A DNA stretch of 64,000 bases from Podarcis gaigeae. Its lineage: Eukaryota. The notes under the pieces were generated by a model. It saw nothing but the letters and a program-made list of their open reading frames with translations. It was not told where the DNA came from and ran no database searches. The position numbers were made by a program, and so were the translations under genes. The stretch lies in NCBI GenBank assembly GCA_964106915.2, contig OZ066922.1. One strand, 5' to 3'. Shown piece by piece: positions 37,816 through 50,600 of this stretch (positions are counted from its first letter, which is position 1; each line of letters starts with the position of its first letter).

Positions 37816-38166
37816 GTAAGGTAAAGGGACCCCTGACCATTAGGTCCAGTTGTGGCCGACTCTGGGGTTGCGGCGCTCATCTCACTTTATTGGCCGAGGG
37901 AGCTGGCATACAGCTTCCAGGTCATGTGACCAGCATGACTAAGCCACTTCTGGCGAACCAGAGCAGCGCTCGGAAATGCTGTTTACCTTCCCACCGGAGT
38001 GGTACCTATTTATCTACTTGCACTTTGACGTGCTTTCGAACTGCTAGGTGGGCAGGAGCAGGGACCGAGCAACGGGAGCTCACCCCATCGCGGGGATTCG
38101 AACCGCCGACCTTCTGATCGGCAAGTCCTAGGTTTGTGGTTTAACCCACAGCGCCACCCGCATCCC
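37816..38166 (-). mobile_element. Sauria SINE, full length
   Basis: Head and tail as above; TSD ATGGCTTGTA. Confidence 0.9.
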
Positions 38167-41100
38167 TATCATGGCTTGTAGTCAGATAGTAATTCTGCAG
38201 GCCATGCAGAGCTGGGTCTAAGCAGTATGGAAGGCTGATGTGCCTTTTCTTCTAGTGGTCTTAGTGATGCAGGTGGTAGTTGGACGGATGAGGGCTCCCC
38301 CCTGGTCTTGTTTGTTCAGGCAACAACTGATTTGTGCGGGGGTTATGTTCCTGACTCCTGCGTGCATTGGTTTAGTGTGCATAACCTCGCATGGACCCAT
38401 TTTGCCCTTTCCCCAGCCCGTTCCTTCCCCCTTTCCACCCCCGATTAGTTTTTTTTGGGGGGGAGGGTGTCAGTTACCACTGATAATGTATTTTATAATA
38501 GCTCTCCTTAAGGCTTCAACAAAGACAGAAGCTGGTTCAATCCAGACATCACAACGAACCATAGCTTTCACTAATCATAGTTTAGAACTATAGTCCAACC
38601 ATAGTTTAAGCCATGGTTTGTATCACTATACAGGCAAATCATGATTTATTGCACCATGTGTGGTTTTAATACAACATCAGCTGAGCACCTTTTTCTCCAG
38701 AGATTCAGGAGTGGCCATAATTATGGTTTGTCAGTTTAGACATCACTTCAATCCATGGTTTGCAAACCCAGTTCATGCATGGCTTCTGATTCTAGTTTGT
38801 TGGCTGGTCACGAACCACGGCTTATGATTTCAGACTTCAAAACAAACCCAAGTTAAATTTCTCTAACCAAGGTTTGGTGCGATGTCTGAAGAAAGCCAAT
38901 TGTCTGTGTTCTTTATTCCAGTTCCCGTGCCCTTAAGCCCCAGATTTCATTACTCTCGTTCTCATAGCTATAAAGAATACTAGTGAAGGTTTAAAATAAA
39001 AATTCAAAAATGTCTGCTCCCTCTTCCAACATTTCAATGGTTTTGATATCACCACCATCCTGTCTGTCTTAGATTACTGTTGCTTGTTACTGTCATACCT
39101 CATCAAAGGTTTCTATTGTCATGAACAAAAGAATTCCATAACAATTGTGTGTTGTGCCTGGAGGTTGAATGGAAGATCCTGCATTTTGGTCTGAGGAGTA
39201 GCGTAGTATCTTTTTGAGGGAGAATAACATTAATGACTGAAAACTTCGCTTGTTTCAGAATTCCATTTTGGCAGGCCGCCATTTCATGAATGTAAAGATA
39301 AAACATTAAAATTGATTTATCCTTGATTGCATAATATTTCATTCTTGTTACATTTCTTCAGTAAAGATGATGTATTGCTCAGTCGGGTTTTCTTAAACCA
39401 AGGTTCACTGGCAGCAATTGAGATCTGCAATGTTACCAGGGTGTGTGTGTGTTTTGGGTGGAGGAGTGTTGCTTCCTTTAAAAATAGATGTTCCTCTTGA
39501 AGTTAAGCAAGTCCCAAGGCTGATACGTGCCAAAGCTATTTCTTTGTAAAACAGTTTCCAGAAGGGGTGGTGTTACGGATTCATGGTAGCATAGAATCAT
39601 AGAATTGTCAAGAAGTACACAATAATGGGACAAGTCTATAACTTACTTCTTGATAATGGTGTGTGTGTGTGTGTGTACTAGTTGTGTTCCTTTTGCATAT
39701 CATTCTCATAGCTGGATGACCTTTTAATTTTGATTTCCTATAGCACGAGTGACCAACTTTCACCCTTCCCAAGTGTTGTTTAACTAGGGGTAGATATATA
39801 ATGATCTTTTTAAAAAAAAAAAGTTAAGAAGAAAAGCTATATAGCTCTCAATACAATTTCCCATTGAATCCTGTACAGCACCTGCTAGTGTCACATTTTT
39901 ATAACACATTTATAACGTTATAACTTACCAGTATAGATTAGTCCTATGACTTCTGTGATCCCCACCTCTGCGCCGACAGCAGGGATGGGTAGAAGGAGAA
40001 GCAGGGTCTGCTAGTAGACCACTGGGTAAAGTAGATCGGAAGGATTTCTGACTTCCAGTTGTGCAGTGACAAGCAAAATGCATTTCCCTCTAAATTGGAT
40101 TGCTGATAAAGAACACCTTGGGGGTGCGGGGAGACCAGGAACTGATTTGTGTGCGAAAGAACTTGTGAATATGGTTCTGATGCTGATCACAAACTCTGAG
40201 CTGGAAAACGCTGTTATTTATTAACCTACTCAGGAGTAACTCTAGATTAATGGGTCATTTCAGTAGGACCTACAGAGAACACATAAGTTATGCAGTCTTT
40301 CCCTAGAGACCTTTAAATGCCTGAATATTGGTTTCAAAACACGATTAGATCTTGCTCTTGGAAAGCTCAGCCTGGCTTTCATGAGGCTGTCTCTGGTCTC
40401 CCATCGATGGCTAGGTAAGGTCCACACTTGTTTTATTTCATCTGTGCTGCAGTACAGGGAACTCTTGCACCTAGCATTTTACTGCTGTGAGATTCCTTTG
40501 CCCCACTGTTTTTATCCTTGAATCTTGTTCTTGTGCTCCATTGAGGTGAACAATCAGTGTCTGGGCTTGTGAATGGTTCATCACTGTCCATTCTGATCAA
40601 GGGCCTCCAGCATGAATTGAGCAATTTTTTTTAAAAAAAACAACAACCAACACATTTGCCAAACATGTATTGTCTCATGATTTGAAGGCTTCAAGAGCTA
40701 TTGCAAGTGCAAGATTCATGTAGCTGTACCCACATAACCTCCTGGGTGGGCTCAGTGATTGTGTGAATATTCAACTCCTTGCCGAGTTAATGAGTTCTGC
40801 TTGATTCTTATTTTGGACATATTTATCAGGACAGCTTGCTCTGGTTTTATTTTACAGCCATTAGACAAAGCGTTTTATGGTAGCTGAAGGGCACAATTAC
40901 TGCAGCAGCAACCCTGCAATCTGTTTCACACTTTCTTCACTTTGCAATCTGCCGAGCATCTTTTTAAGTAGTAGTCTGGAACAGGAGGTCTGGCACATGA
41001 GTTTGGGTTCACTTGAGTGGCACTTGTACGGCAGGTTGTCAGTAGAGTATAGGTCAAAAATCCCTGTGGGCAAACTGCCTCTCTTTATACTATGTAAAGC

Positions 41101-41347
41101 TCTGTTGGCATGATCGTTGCATCGTTCAAGGCAGTCTCCAGAATAGGTCCCAGGTCTCACACCTGGACGTTGTTCGCTAACTCTGGGCCAGGGCTGGACT
41201 GGTGGTTCCCAAACTGTGGTCCCTGAGCTTAATTCAGGTGGTTTGGGGCATGTCTGTGAAGAACACTTTGACTTCTGTACAGTCCTGTTAAGTTCAGATT
41301 GTAATACAATAACATACAATATAAGAATTAAAAGAAGCAAAAAGATA

Positions 41348-41598
41348 CAGTCATACCTTGGTTGTCGAATGCCCTGGAACTTGTACATTTTGACTCCCAG
41401 ATAATAAAAAACCGAGAGTGAGTGTTCCTGTTTTCGAACAATTTTCGGAAGCTGAAGGTCCAGTGTGGTTTCCGCAGCTTCCGATTGGCTGCAGGGCGCT
41501 CCTGTGGCCAATCGGAAGCCACGTCTTGGTTTTCGAACAGTTCTGGAAGTCGAATGGACTCCTGAAACGCATTCTGTTCGAGAACCAAGGTATGACTG
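41348..41598. mobile_element. Tc1/mariner MITE, apparently inside a hAT remnant (~41200-41730)
   Basis: 16-bp TIR CAGTCATACCTTGGTT, TA TSD. Confidence 0.85.
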
Positions 41599-41974
41599 TA
41601 CTGTCAAAATAATTCAGCATCCAGGATTCACAATTGCTACAAACAGGCGGCGGCAGGGAATATTAAGTGGTCCACCAAGACCCTCAGCAATTTCCAAGTG
41701 GTCCATGGGGAAAAAAATGGGGAACCACTGATACACTCTGGATTCTGCTTCTGGGAAGGATTTCAGGCTAGGAAAGACCTCTGCCTGAAGCCTTGGAGCT
41801 TTCCAGTTGCTGTTCTGGGCTAGTTCCTAGTCCTGTAAGCTTGACTTTGATAAGACCCCCCTGTTCTTATAAAATGCTAAGTGTAGCAAGGGGCTTAAAG
41901 AGAGGGGTTCTCAGAGACTGTTCTCCACCTCCAAAACTCCCTTCATCCTCCAAGCCTTTTCTGGAAGCAAAGTA

Positions 41975-42216
41975 CAGTGGAACCTCGGTTCTCGAACATC
42001 TCTGTTGACGAACAATTTGGAATCCGAACACCGAAAACCCAGAAGTATTTGCTTCCGTTTTTGAACGCACCTAGGATCTCGAACGGCTTTCCAAGGTGCG
42101 TTTCTCCACGTTCTCAATGGGTTTTGCCAACCGTCCTTTGATTCTTGAGTTTCAAACATTTCTGAAGTTGAACAGCCTTCCGGAACGGATTACGTTCAAA
42201 AACTGAGGTTCCACTG
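41975..42216. mobile_element. Tc1/mariner MITE
   Basis: TIR CAGTGGAACCTC, TA TSD. Confidence 0.85.
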
Positions 42217-42754
42217 TATATATAATGGCTGTCTTTCAGTGTATTTTTAGGACACTTTTCATTTCAGTAATTTTACATAGTTCATCCGCACCATGGGCCC
42301 AAGTAATGAAGGGAGATTTCAAAATGATGCTTAAAATAGTGGGAAGAGCTCTGTGGCCTTTTGCAGCTGGGCGTTTCCAGCTGAGAGCCTGACCTCTTTT
42401 CAATACAGCTAGCTAATTCGGCATGGTTACCCAATAGCACAAGCCCTGCCCAGGCTTCGCAAATACCTCTTGAGTCTGACCTCACTGAACTAGCAGTAGG
42501 GGAAGTACTGAACCACCCGTACCAGTCTTGTTTCACCCAGGGCAATTGCACATGATGGCAGGCTCTCACAATTCTACATGAAAAAACTACATTGTTGGTA
42601 TCTGTCTGTCTCAAGAGACAATGGAGTGCACCACCGGAGGTGAAGTCAAACCACTGCATTAGCAACACTGAAGTGTCCTCCATGGGGCACAGGACTGGGC
42701 AGTGTGGATGGAGGTCCTGAGCTGCCCAGATGGCAAGACCCCACTCTGGCCTCA

Positions 42755-43091
42755 CTGATATAATAGCCATGTTCAAATATATAAAAGGATGTCACATAGA
42801 GGAGGGAGAAAGGTTGTTTTCTGCTGCTCCAGAGAAGCGGACACGGAGCAATGGTTCCAAACTACAAGAAAGAAGATTCCACCTAAACATTAGGAAGAAC
42901 TTCCTGACAGTAAGAGCTGTTTGACAGTGGAATTTGCTGCCAAGGAGTGTGGTGGAGTCTCCTTCTTTGGAGGTCTTTAAGCAGAGGCTTGACAACTATA
43001 TGTCAGGAGTGCTCTGATGGTGTTTCCTGCTTGGCAGGGGGTTGGACTCGATGGCCCTTGTGGTCTCTTCCAACTCTATGATTCTATGATG
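42755..43091 (+). mobile_element. CR1 LINE 3' fragment
   Basis: FKYIKGCH..RTRSNGSKLQERRFHLNIRKNFLTVRAV; (ATTCTATG)n tail. Confidence 0.9.
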
Positions 43092-44795
43092 TGGTTTGAA
43101 AGAAAACAGAGCAATACGCTTGGCACCAGCTTGGCTGCAGGAGTTGCGTACAACTGACTAAGGGACTCCAGATTTGTGTAGGGTCTACTCCTTAGCCTTC
43201 GCTTCTCCCAAAGATGACCTCCAAGGCAGTGCAAGTTTAGGGTTAGAGTTGACAAAACCCATCTGCTCTTCACCTCCCTCTGCAGCGTGTTGTGCAGAAA
43301 CCACTTTCTTGACCATTGGACCCATTCCCAGGGTGTGGCTGCTGTCACAGCGTCTAGGAGCCACAGGTGAGAGCTGAGTGCAGGGTAGGGATTCAGGGTG
43401 GACAAGCTACCCCAGAAGGAGCATGACATATCCCCCACCAGAGGAGCTACTGTCCCCTAACACCCCCCACACTACAAAAGTAGTTCTAAACAGTAAATAA
43501 AACATCAAAAGCAACCAAACTGAACAATTTCCACACAACTCACAGTAAAGACACAAAAACAACAATAACGGCAACCCCTCCCCCCCAGACAAAACCCTCA
43601 AATACCCCAGCAACTGGTGGGAAGTTGGGAAAATAGACGCCCCTAAGCAATACAGACTGTAGATCAATCCACTCAGCATAATTTCTATATCCTTTGCTCT
43701 TTTGGTTCAATTCTTTTTCTGGACCTTGGAGGAGTTGGGAGGCCCTTGAGTTATTTACAGCTGCTGTTAATCTCAAGCAGACATATAGTCCTCCGTACTG
43801 TGGCGTACATGAATCTGATGGATTTGGGAGACCTGCTGACCTTACATGGCTGATGCTGTGGGTTTCGCTCTGTTCTGCTGTTGTTTCATTATAATTTGTC
43901 GGTGTGCAGTATCAGCCCTGCAGCTGGCGGGGGAAGTGGAGATACGTTAACCTCCCACTCAATGACAGGGTAAAACATTCGTGCAACTTAACATTTAAAT
44001 TTTGTGGCCTGCTTTTTAAATTATTTCTAAAGCATCCCCCAAATTCACAAAATGCAACCGTTTAATTATAAAACCGTGCAATTAAAATTAAAACCACAAA
44101 ACTCATGGAGCCGGGTGGAGAATATAGGTGGAAGCAGGCCAGAGAAGTAGGGAACAGGTTGGAAAACAATTTGAAAATGCTGAACTGAACAAGAACAAAG
44201 CAGAAACCAGCCATGTGATGGGGAAAGGCGCTTGGCTATCTGGCTCTGCAGATTTCCTTACGCCAGCTAGTTTCTTACATGCTCATAATAGGGTTTTTTT
44301 GGAGGGTGTGTGTGATGGATCAGTGAAGTTGCTGTGGAAACAAGCATGCAATGAACACCTTCTCTACCGTCATCCCAAAGCAGAAGAGTTATGAGACCTA
44401 CCTTACATTGGACAAATTTGTGATGCTTTAGTACATATATTTGCTCATTTAGTTTTTCTGGGTGTATTGTTACTTGTGAGTTGCCTAGAGAGAACTTCTT
44501 TCTATACAATCAAGGGATTCAAGGTTGACTCAGCCCTCATCTCCTTTCTGAGTTGTAAGTCACTTAACCAAGCCTGTTTTCTCTCAATGAAACATTGAGT
44601 TTTTTCTTTGTGAAAGGACCACTTTGTTTCCTGTTCACACGACTGTGAGTCTCAATATGGCAGGAAGGTGTGTGGTGAGAGCCCTGGTCGCAGCAGAGGT
44701 TTGCAACCCTTGCTGAACTATCCATCACCTCCAACTCAGCCCTCGCATCTAGTATATATTTTGGAAAGGAACAGGTTTTCATCTGCTTGGATGTA

Positions 44796-45019
44796 CAGTG
44801 ATACCTTGGGTTACATAAACCTCAGGTTACATACGCTTCAGGTTACAGACTCTGCTAACCCAGAAATAGTACCTCGGGTTAGGAACTTTGCTTCAGGATG
44901 AGAACAGAAATCGTGCTCCGGTGGCAGGCGGCAGCAGGAGGCCCCATTAGCTAAAGTGGTGCTTCAGGTTAAGAATGGATCTCCGGAATGAATTAAGTAC
45001 TTAACCCAAGGTACCACTG
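44796..45019. mobile_element. Tc1/mariner MITE
   Basis: TIR CAGTG.TACCTTGGGTTA, TA TSD. Confidence 0.85.
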
Positions 45020-45424
45020 TAATCAGATTCCATTTTGAATCAAGATGGCAGAAGAACGGACCTTCCAAAACTTCCCTTATTCTAACCCCTGGTTTCAAAA
45101 CTGAACTGATACTTTGGTTTCTTCTGATTTCTGGGCATTGCCAGGTATGTGGCTGTTAGCATCCAGACGAATCTTCGAATGAAGGCAACAAAGGGATGCT
45201 TATCTCACTGTGCCTTGTGCATCGGTCCTAATAGGCGATGCCTCTTGAGCAGCCTGCCCAGCTCAGGTTGTAAATGTATAACACAAATGGACCATGCTGT
45301 GAACTTGTTTTGAATTCACTACCACTCCCATGAGTCTACCTGCCCTAACTCAGGACCAGAGTCATGGTGGCAGCAGGTCTGATCCTGCACCCCATGTCTG
45401 CACCCCATGTTTTGCCACATCCTG

Positions 45425-45427
<3 letters not shown>

Positions 45428-45473
<46 letters not shown>
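45428..45473. repeat. (TA)n microsatellite, PLE target
   Basis: About 23 perfect units abutting the PLE tail. Confidence 0.95.
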
Positions 45474-45475
<2 letters not shown>

Positions 45476-45585
45476 TTTCGTAGATTTTCACGGGTACAGG
45501 AATGCAGGTTTTGGTGTCCTCGGGTGTCTTCCCGTGTAAAAGTTGGGGTGTCTAGGCGACGTTTCGACGAGGTCTCACTCGTCAT

Positions 45586-45632
45586 CAGCCTGAAGATGAC
45601 GAGTGAGACCTCGTCGAAACGTCGCCTAGACA
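45586..45632 (+). ncRNA. Minimal hammerhead ribozyme motif (fragment B)
   Basis: CTGAAGA 45590-45596, stem II, GAAA 45616-45619, CGTC; 5' flank truncated to CAGC. Confidence 0.7.
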
Positions 45633-45732
45633 CCCCAACTTTTACACGGGAAGACACCCGAGGACACCAAAACCTGCATATATATATGCAGGTTTTGGTG
45701 TCCTCGGGTGTCTTCCCGTGTAAAAGTTGGGG

Positions 45733-45781
45733 TGTCTAGGCGACGTTTCGACGAGGTCTCACTCGTCATCTTCAGGCTGGT
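45733..45781 (-). ncRNA. Minimal hammerhead ribozyme motif (fragment C)
   Basis: Intact core on the minus strand (TCTTCAG at 45769-45775 on +). Confidence 0.7.
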
Positions 45782-46328
45782 GCTTTCGGCTTCTTGTTAC
45801 TGGAACAGAGCGGGATCTCAATGTTTGAGTTCCTATAAATACTGTAGAGGGGGTGTGGTGTCTAGCCTCCAATGTTCTGGGCAGAGAGGAAGTTCCCAGG
45901 CTAGTGTGCCTTTTCTTCTTTTGTTCCTTAATTACTTGAGAGATACCTTGAGTGATTTCTTGAGTGATATCCTGAGTACCACTTAGGTGGGTCATTAGGT
46001 GTGGATTAGTTGCTAAAGTCTTTGTGTCTTGACCTCTTGAACTTTGTGAAGAGTTTTCCTGAGAAGATGGCTGTATTGCACTTAGTTGTGCTTTGGCTTG
46101 GCTTCGTGTATAGGGGCGAGCTGTGGTTTTGTGGCTTGTGTCAGCCAGATCTGTGTAGGGATTGCAGGGGGGTGCAGCATCCGGAGGTGCCACCATGGAT
46201 TGGCTACTGGATGGTGTCAGTAATTCATCTGTGGAGAGGGTCTGGGTTTGGGTCTGGTGTGGTTGATTGGTGTTGGCGTTCTGTGTGCCTCTGGATCTGG
46301 TGTCAGTTTTTGTGGGGAGGGCTAAAGC

Positions 46329-46377
46329 ACCAGCCTGAAGATGACGAGTGAGACCTCGTCAAAACGTCGCCTAGACA
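46329..46377 (+). pseudogene. Hammerhead motif with core mutation GAAA to AAAA (fragment D)
   Basis: CTGAAGA 46335-46341, stem II intact, but 46361 is A where all other copies have the G of GAAA. Confidence 0.7.
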
Positions 46378-46634
46378 CCCCAACTTTTACACGGGAAGAC
46401 ACCCGAGGACACCAAAACCTGCATATATATATATATATATATAAATAAATATATCTATATATCTCAGTATTGCTTGAACTTTCTTTGGCTGCTAGTCTTG
46501 AATTATTCTCTTTCTGGGCACAGAGTGCCAGCCGCCTCTCTTGTTTCCTTGCAACTGTGTGAAAATCCCATGAACGCCCGTGACCCTTGAATATGTCGGG
46601 CTGCCGTATTAACATCTCTCCATTTATTCAACAG

Positions 46635-46742
46635 CAACTGCTCCGAGAGATGCAGCAGATGGCCAGTCGCCCTTTTGCATCCATCAACGTTGCCTTAGAA
46701 ACGGACGAGGAGCCACCCGACCTCGTTGGAGGCAGCGTAAAG
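46635..46742 (+). CDS. ATRN: Attractin coding exon: QLLREMQQMASRPFASINVALETDEEPPDLVGGSVK (MASRPF motif)
   Basis: caacag|CAA acceptor, AAG|gtgagg donor; 108 nt; MASRPF motif shared by ATRN/ATRNL1/MEGF8. Confidence 0.97.
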
Positions 46743-47532
46743 GTGAGGGACCACCCTGTAGGAGCACGGTTCCCGTAGTTAATATTCACAGATGCTGTGC
46801 TGCTTGACCGGCTTTTGCGAGAGGGAGGCGGAGGAGAGGAGAGGAAGGCAATATTAGAAGTCTAGCCACAAAGAAGCCGTAAACATTCGAAACCCAGCAG
46901 GCCTTGTTTTTGATCTAATTTTCTTTCTCCAGGCTGCTCGTTTGCATCTTTCAGGTTACGTTGGTTTAAATAAAAGTTGCAGCTCTTTTTAAAAAGATTT
47001 TTTATGCCTTGTAATCAAGAAGGATACAGTTTAATATGCCAGAACAGTTGGTTGGAAATAGCTGTAGGTGCTGCTGAAAAAGCCTTCTTTGCACGGTCTT
47101 TCAAAGGATGGGGGGAGGCTAATTGGCTAAGTATTAAGAAAGTCTTTCGGGTACAATGGGGGGGGGGGCTACACTCGGCAGCAGGTGATCTGGAAAGCCA
47201 GCCTGGCAACAGGTGCAGTGGGCAGAGGGAGTGCCACTGCCAGACAAACTGCTTCTAGGCCCAGCATGCTGCCCTGTGGCTGAGAGTTGGGGAAATAACT
47301 TGGATAACTGGCCAGAAACCAAGGAATCTGTTGCATGTTACAACATTGCTGCCTCTGCAACAAGGGGGAGGAGGAAATGTGTGTACAGTGGACACTCGGG
47401 TTGCAGACGTGATCCATGCGGGAAGAATACAAAGTAAAAGTAAATAATAGAGAGAAAAAAGGTGGGATAATTAAGAGTGAAGTGAAATGAATGTGAGTGG
47501 GACCGACACCAAGATCACCTGTATGCACTTAG

Positions 47533-47671
47533 TATAGCTCACCTGGTAGAGCATAAGACTCTTAATCTCAGGGTCATGGGTTTGAGTCCCACGTCGGGCA
47601 AAAGATTCCTGCATTGCAGAGGGTTGGACTAGATGACCCGAGAGGTCCCTTCCGACTCTACAATTCTATGA
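47533..47671 (+). mobile_element. Short SINE: tRNA-Lys(CTT)-derived head plus CR1 3' end
   Basis: GGTAGAGCAT.AGACTCTTAATCTCAGGGTC.TGGGTT.GAG.CCCACG followed by GGTTGGACTAGATGA..ATTCTATGATT. Confidence 0.8.
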
Positions 47672-50600
47672 TTTGGAACATAATTCTGCTCATGCACATA
47701 CCTTTCATGGATGGGTTCACAGTGCTGCAACCAGTCCGAGCTGCTGGGGGGCCACTCCCCACCTCACTAGAAAGGCAAAGGGATAGGTGGAGAAAGGAGA
47801 AATACAACCTTAGGAATGAGTGGTGGTGAGCTGGTTGTTCCAACTGACACTCCCCCCCCCCCCCTTGAGGGGAAGCATGGTCTGTCAGGAATTCGGCCTA
47901 CACTCGAGTAGGACTCTGGCAGAGACACATGCCCAACTGGCATGTTCTCTCCCTCCTGGTCTTTTGTTTGGGAGCTTCAAAAGCTTTCTTCTGCCTGAAC
48001 ATTACAGCGACCGATGCCAACAGACATTGGCACACTTAGGGATCCACAGAATTTGCGCACCATGCATGTGACAGGCCTCAGCAAAACAAAGGACAATAGT
48101 CCCACTTCACGGAACACAGTAACACAAACATCCTGTCTCCGTCACTTCCCACTCTGTGGAGTCAAAACATACACCATCATGTGATAGACAACAATCCCAC
48201 GACTGCAATCATGGAGCAGGAATTCTAACATAGTCTTGTTCCCAGTTCCAGTGTCTCTGCTGTGGCATAGTATCCACTGCCCCTTGGGTTGTGAACCAGT
48301 GACTGCCCTGCCTGATTTGTAGGGGGGCATCGTAGCAGAGGCAAGGAGAGTGGGCTTTCTGAGGTGCAGCCAGTTAAGGAAGGGCTTTGACTCAGTTGGT
48401 AGAGCGAATGCTCTGTCTTCTAGGGCTGGGTGATACCAGCTTTTAAACATCCTGATGCATCACCAGCTAAACATCGCGATATAGTGACACATTGCAATGT
48501 TGAAAGGGAAGGAGCATCATTTGGCTTTGGCCCTGCGTGGCACCAAATTGCCTCAGTCAGCTCTGCCCACAACCAGCACACAGCACAGAGGGAGGGGCAT
48601 CAGCTGTGGTCCCCCGCAAGGCACTGTGGTGAAGCCAAACCACTGCTGCCAGTGCCTGGCACAGGGAGGAAGGAAGCACCCATAGAAGGTAAGGTGGGTG
48701 TCAGGCAAGCCCCACCTGCAATGGACTGCCAGGCAAAGGCGCCATTGTGCTCTGGCCCTCAAACCAGGCCTGGACCACGTATCGATGCAGGCACTCCAGG
48801 TTCAGTTCCTGGCAGCTCCCGGTAGGGCTGGGAATAGTCTCTGGCAGTGGCTCTCCAGGTTCTCCTGCAGCTCGTTGGGCCAGGGATCTGCTCCCGCAGC
48901 CGTCCTCCACCCTCCCTCTTTGCTTCCTCTCACCCCTCCTGCTTCTGCCGCCTTGCTCCTCCTGGGAGACGATTTGACAAGCTGCCACTTTTTCGTCTGC
49001 GCCCTTTTCTCCCCGAGCCGGGGAGCCGTGAGAACTTGGCATATGTTCGCCATCAATATGGGAAGAGACAGCCCTTGTTCTGAATGCGGAGCAGGGTTAG
49101 GGAGTTCATGGATGTACAAGCTATCGAAACCCTCTTCACTTTTGTGTATGCATATGTGAGAGTGTGGAATCTGTGACTTGAACTGAAGTGGCATGACTGC
49201 AGGGGGCGCGGGGATGGACCTAATTTGTCTCTCTGCAAGCTGCCCCCTCCCGCTTCCTTTTCCTTGCTCTGCTTATTTTGTAAGCAGAAGACACCCAGGT
49301 GTACAAGTGCTCATGTCACACCTCTGAGTATAATCCCTGGATGGTGTAGGTCAGGTGCAAATTGCCAATGTGGTTTGGTCGGGACCCTGATCCTATTCCA
49401 GGGAGGTGGGGAGAAGGACTGGCCATTTGGGTTGTCTGGCTCAGGTGCCAGAAACTCTTGGGCTGTGCCCGCACAACGGTTTAAATTCCCAGCTATCTGT
49501 GTGTAGGACTGCATTATGTGAATATTGTACAAATGGTCAAGGGCACCGCTTTGTTCGAAAATTAGGCAGATTTGTATCCTACCCCAATTTCACGCTCTTG
49601 GGAATTGCAAGGAGAGGAGCAGCTTCCACAAGCAGGTTCCTGGCTCATTTTTACACGGTCCTTTTATGCCAATGTGCAAAGGTGTGCCCCAATGGGCACT
49701 GTGAGGCACAGGGGAGACCAGAGCCTTATTTGCTGCATTGCAAGAACAGCAGTCAAGGAAGAGGAGCTGCTCCGCCCCCTTCAGGTCAAAGGGAAGAATC
49801 TCTGGGATGCATCCCTTCTGGGCAAGTGGCCAAGGGAGACATCCACTCCCCACCTTTAGCAGCTCTGTGGCCTATTGCTGCAGCTGGTGGGAATTGTGGC
49901 CCTCAGATATTTGGGGCAGCATCCCCCCTGCCTCTGGAGTAACAGATTGGGGGGAAAGGAGCTTGGTTCCTCCCCAGTGTTGCCAGTTCTTCTCAGTAGG
50001 CCTCCCACCCCACACTGTTCCTTGCTTCCTTGCCACCCAGTTGTTCTGGCAGAGCTGGATCCTGTGGGGAACTGGAGTTCGGAGCACCCCAGAGCTTTTT
50101 CTGCATGGAGATGGTGGCTGTGCAGGCGAACGCCACGTGCGAATTGGCCCTCGACTGCTTAACTTACTAGCGGCCCACCAAATGGTAGGAAATGGGTCAT
50201 TTTAGTCAGCAAGGGTCTCTCACTTTCCTTTTGTGCCTGGCCAACTGGCAGGTCAGATTAAGCTAATTGCATCCTAGGCGAACGTCTTGCAGCTGGACTC
50301 ATTTTGGAACAGTAGTCTCAATTAGTATATTTCCTGCAGTGCATAAGAAGGAAAAGAGAGAGCGATTTACCCAGTAGGAATGACGTCTTTCTAAGTCAAC
50401 GCGTGACTAGCAGCCTAAAGGAGAGGTTTCCCCCCTTCCCAGCTACCCCCCCTCTTTTATATTCCAGCTAGCTGGTGGGCAGCCATTTTGGTTTTGCATC
50501 TGGTACCCCTTTTTCTTCACAAGGGCCAGTGTGGCAGGTTGACCCTCTAAGGCTTATCGGCTTGTTTTGTCATTAGATACCTGTGAAATACAGCTCTCTC

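Larger units (their letters stand above)
45473..46424. mobile_element. Second insertion of the same PLE family: four fragments in -/+/-/+ orientation bounded by (TA)n
   Basis: A(-) 45473-45586 with tail, B(+) 45586-45679, (AT)5 joint, C(-) 45686-46325, D(+) 46324-46424; nearly identical to the 28.1-29.4 kb copy. Confidence 0.85.

Noticed and set aside
45548-45592. Canonical CUGAUGA created on the minus strand at the A/B junction, as a new hammerhead
   Set aside because: Stem II would be followed by two extra nucleotides before GAAA and stem I does not pair in register; most likely a junction coincidence.
47533-47605. Functional tRNA-Lys gene
   Set aside because: Acceptor stem and T-loop are degenerate and it is fused to a CR1 tail; multiple copies indicate a SINE.
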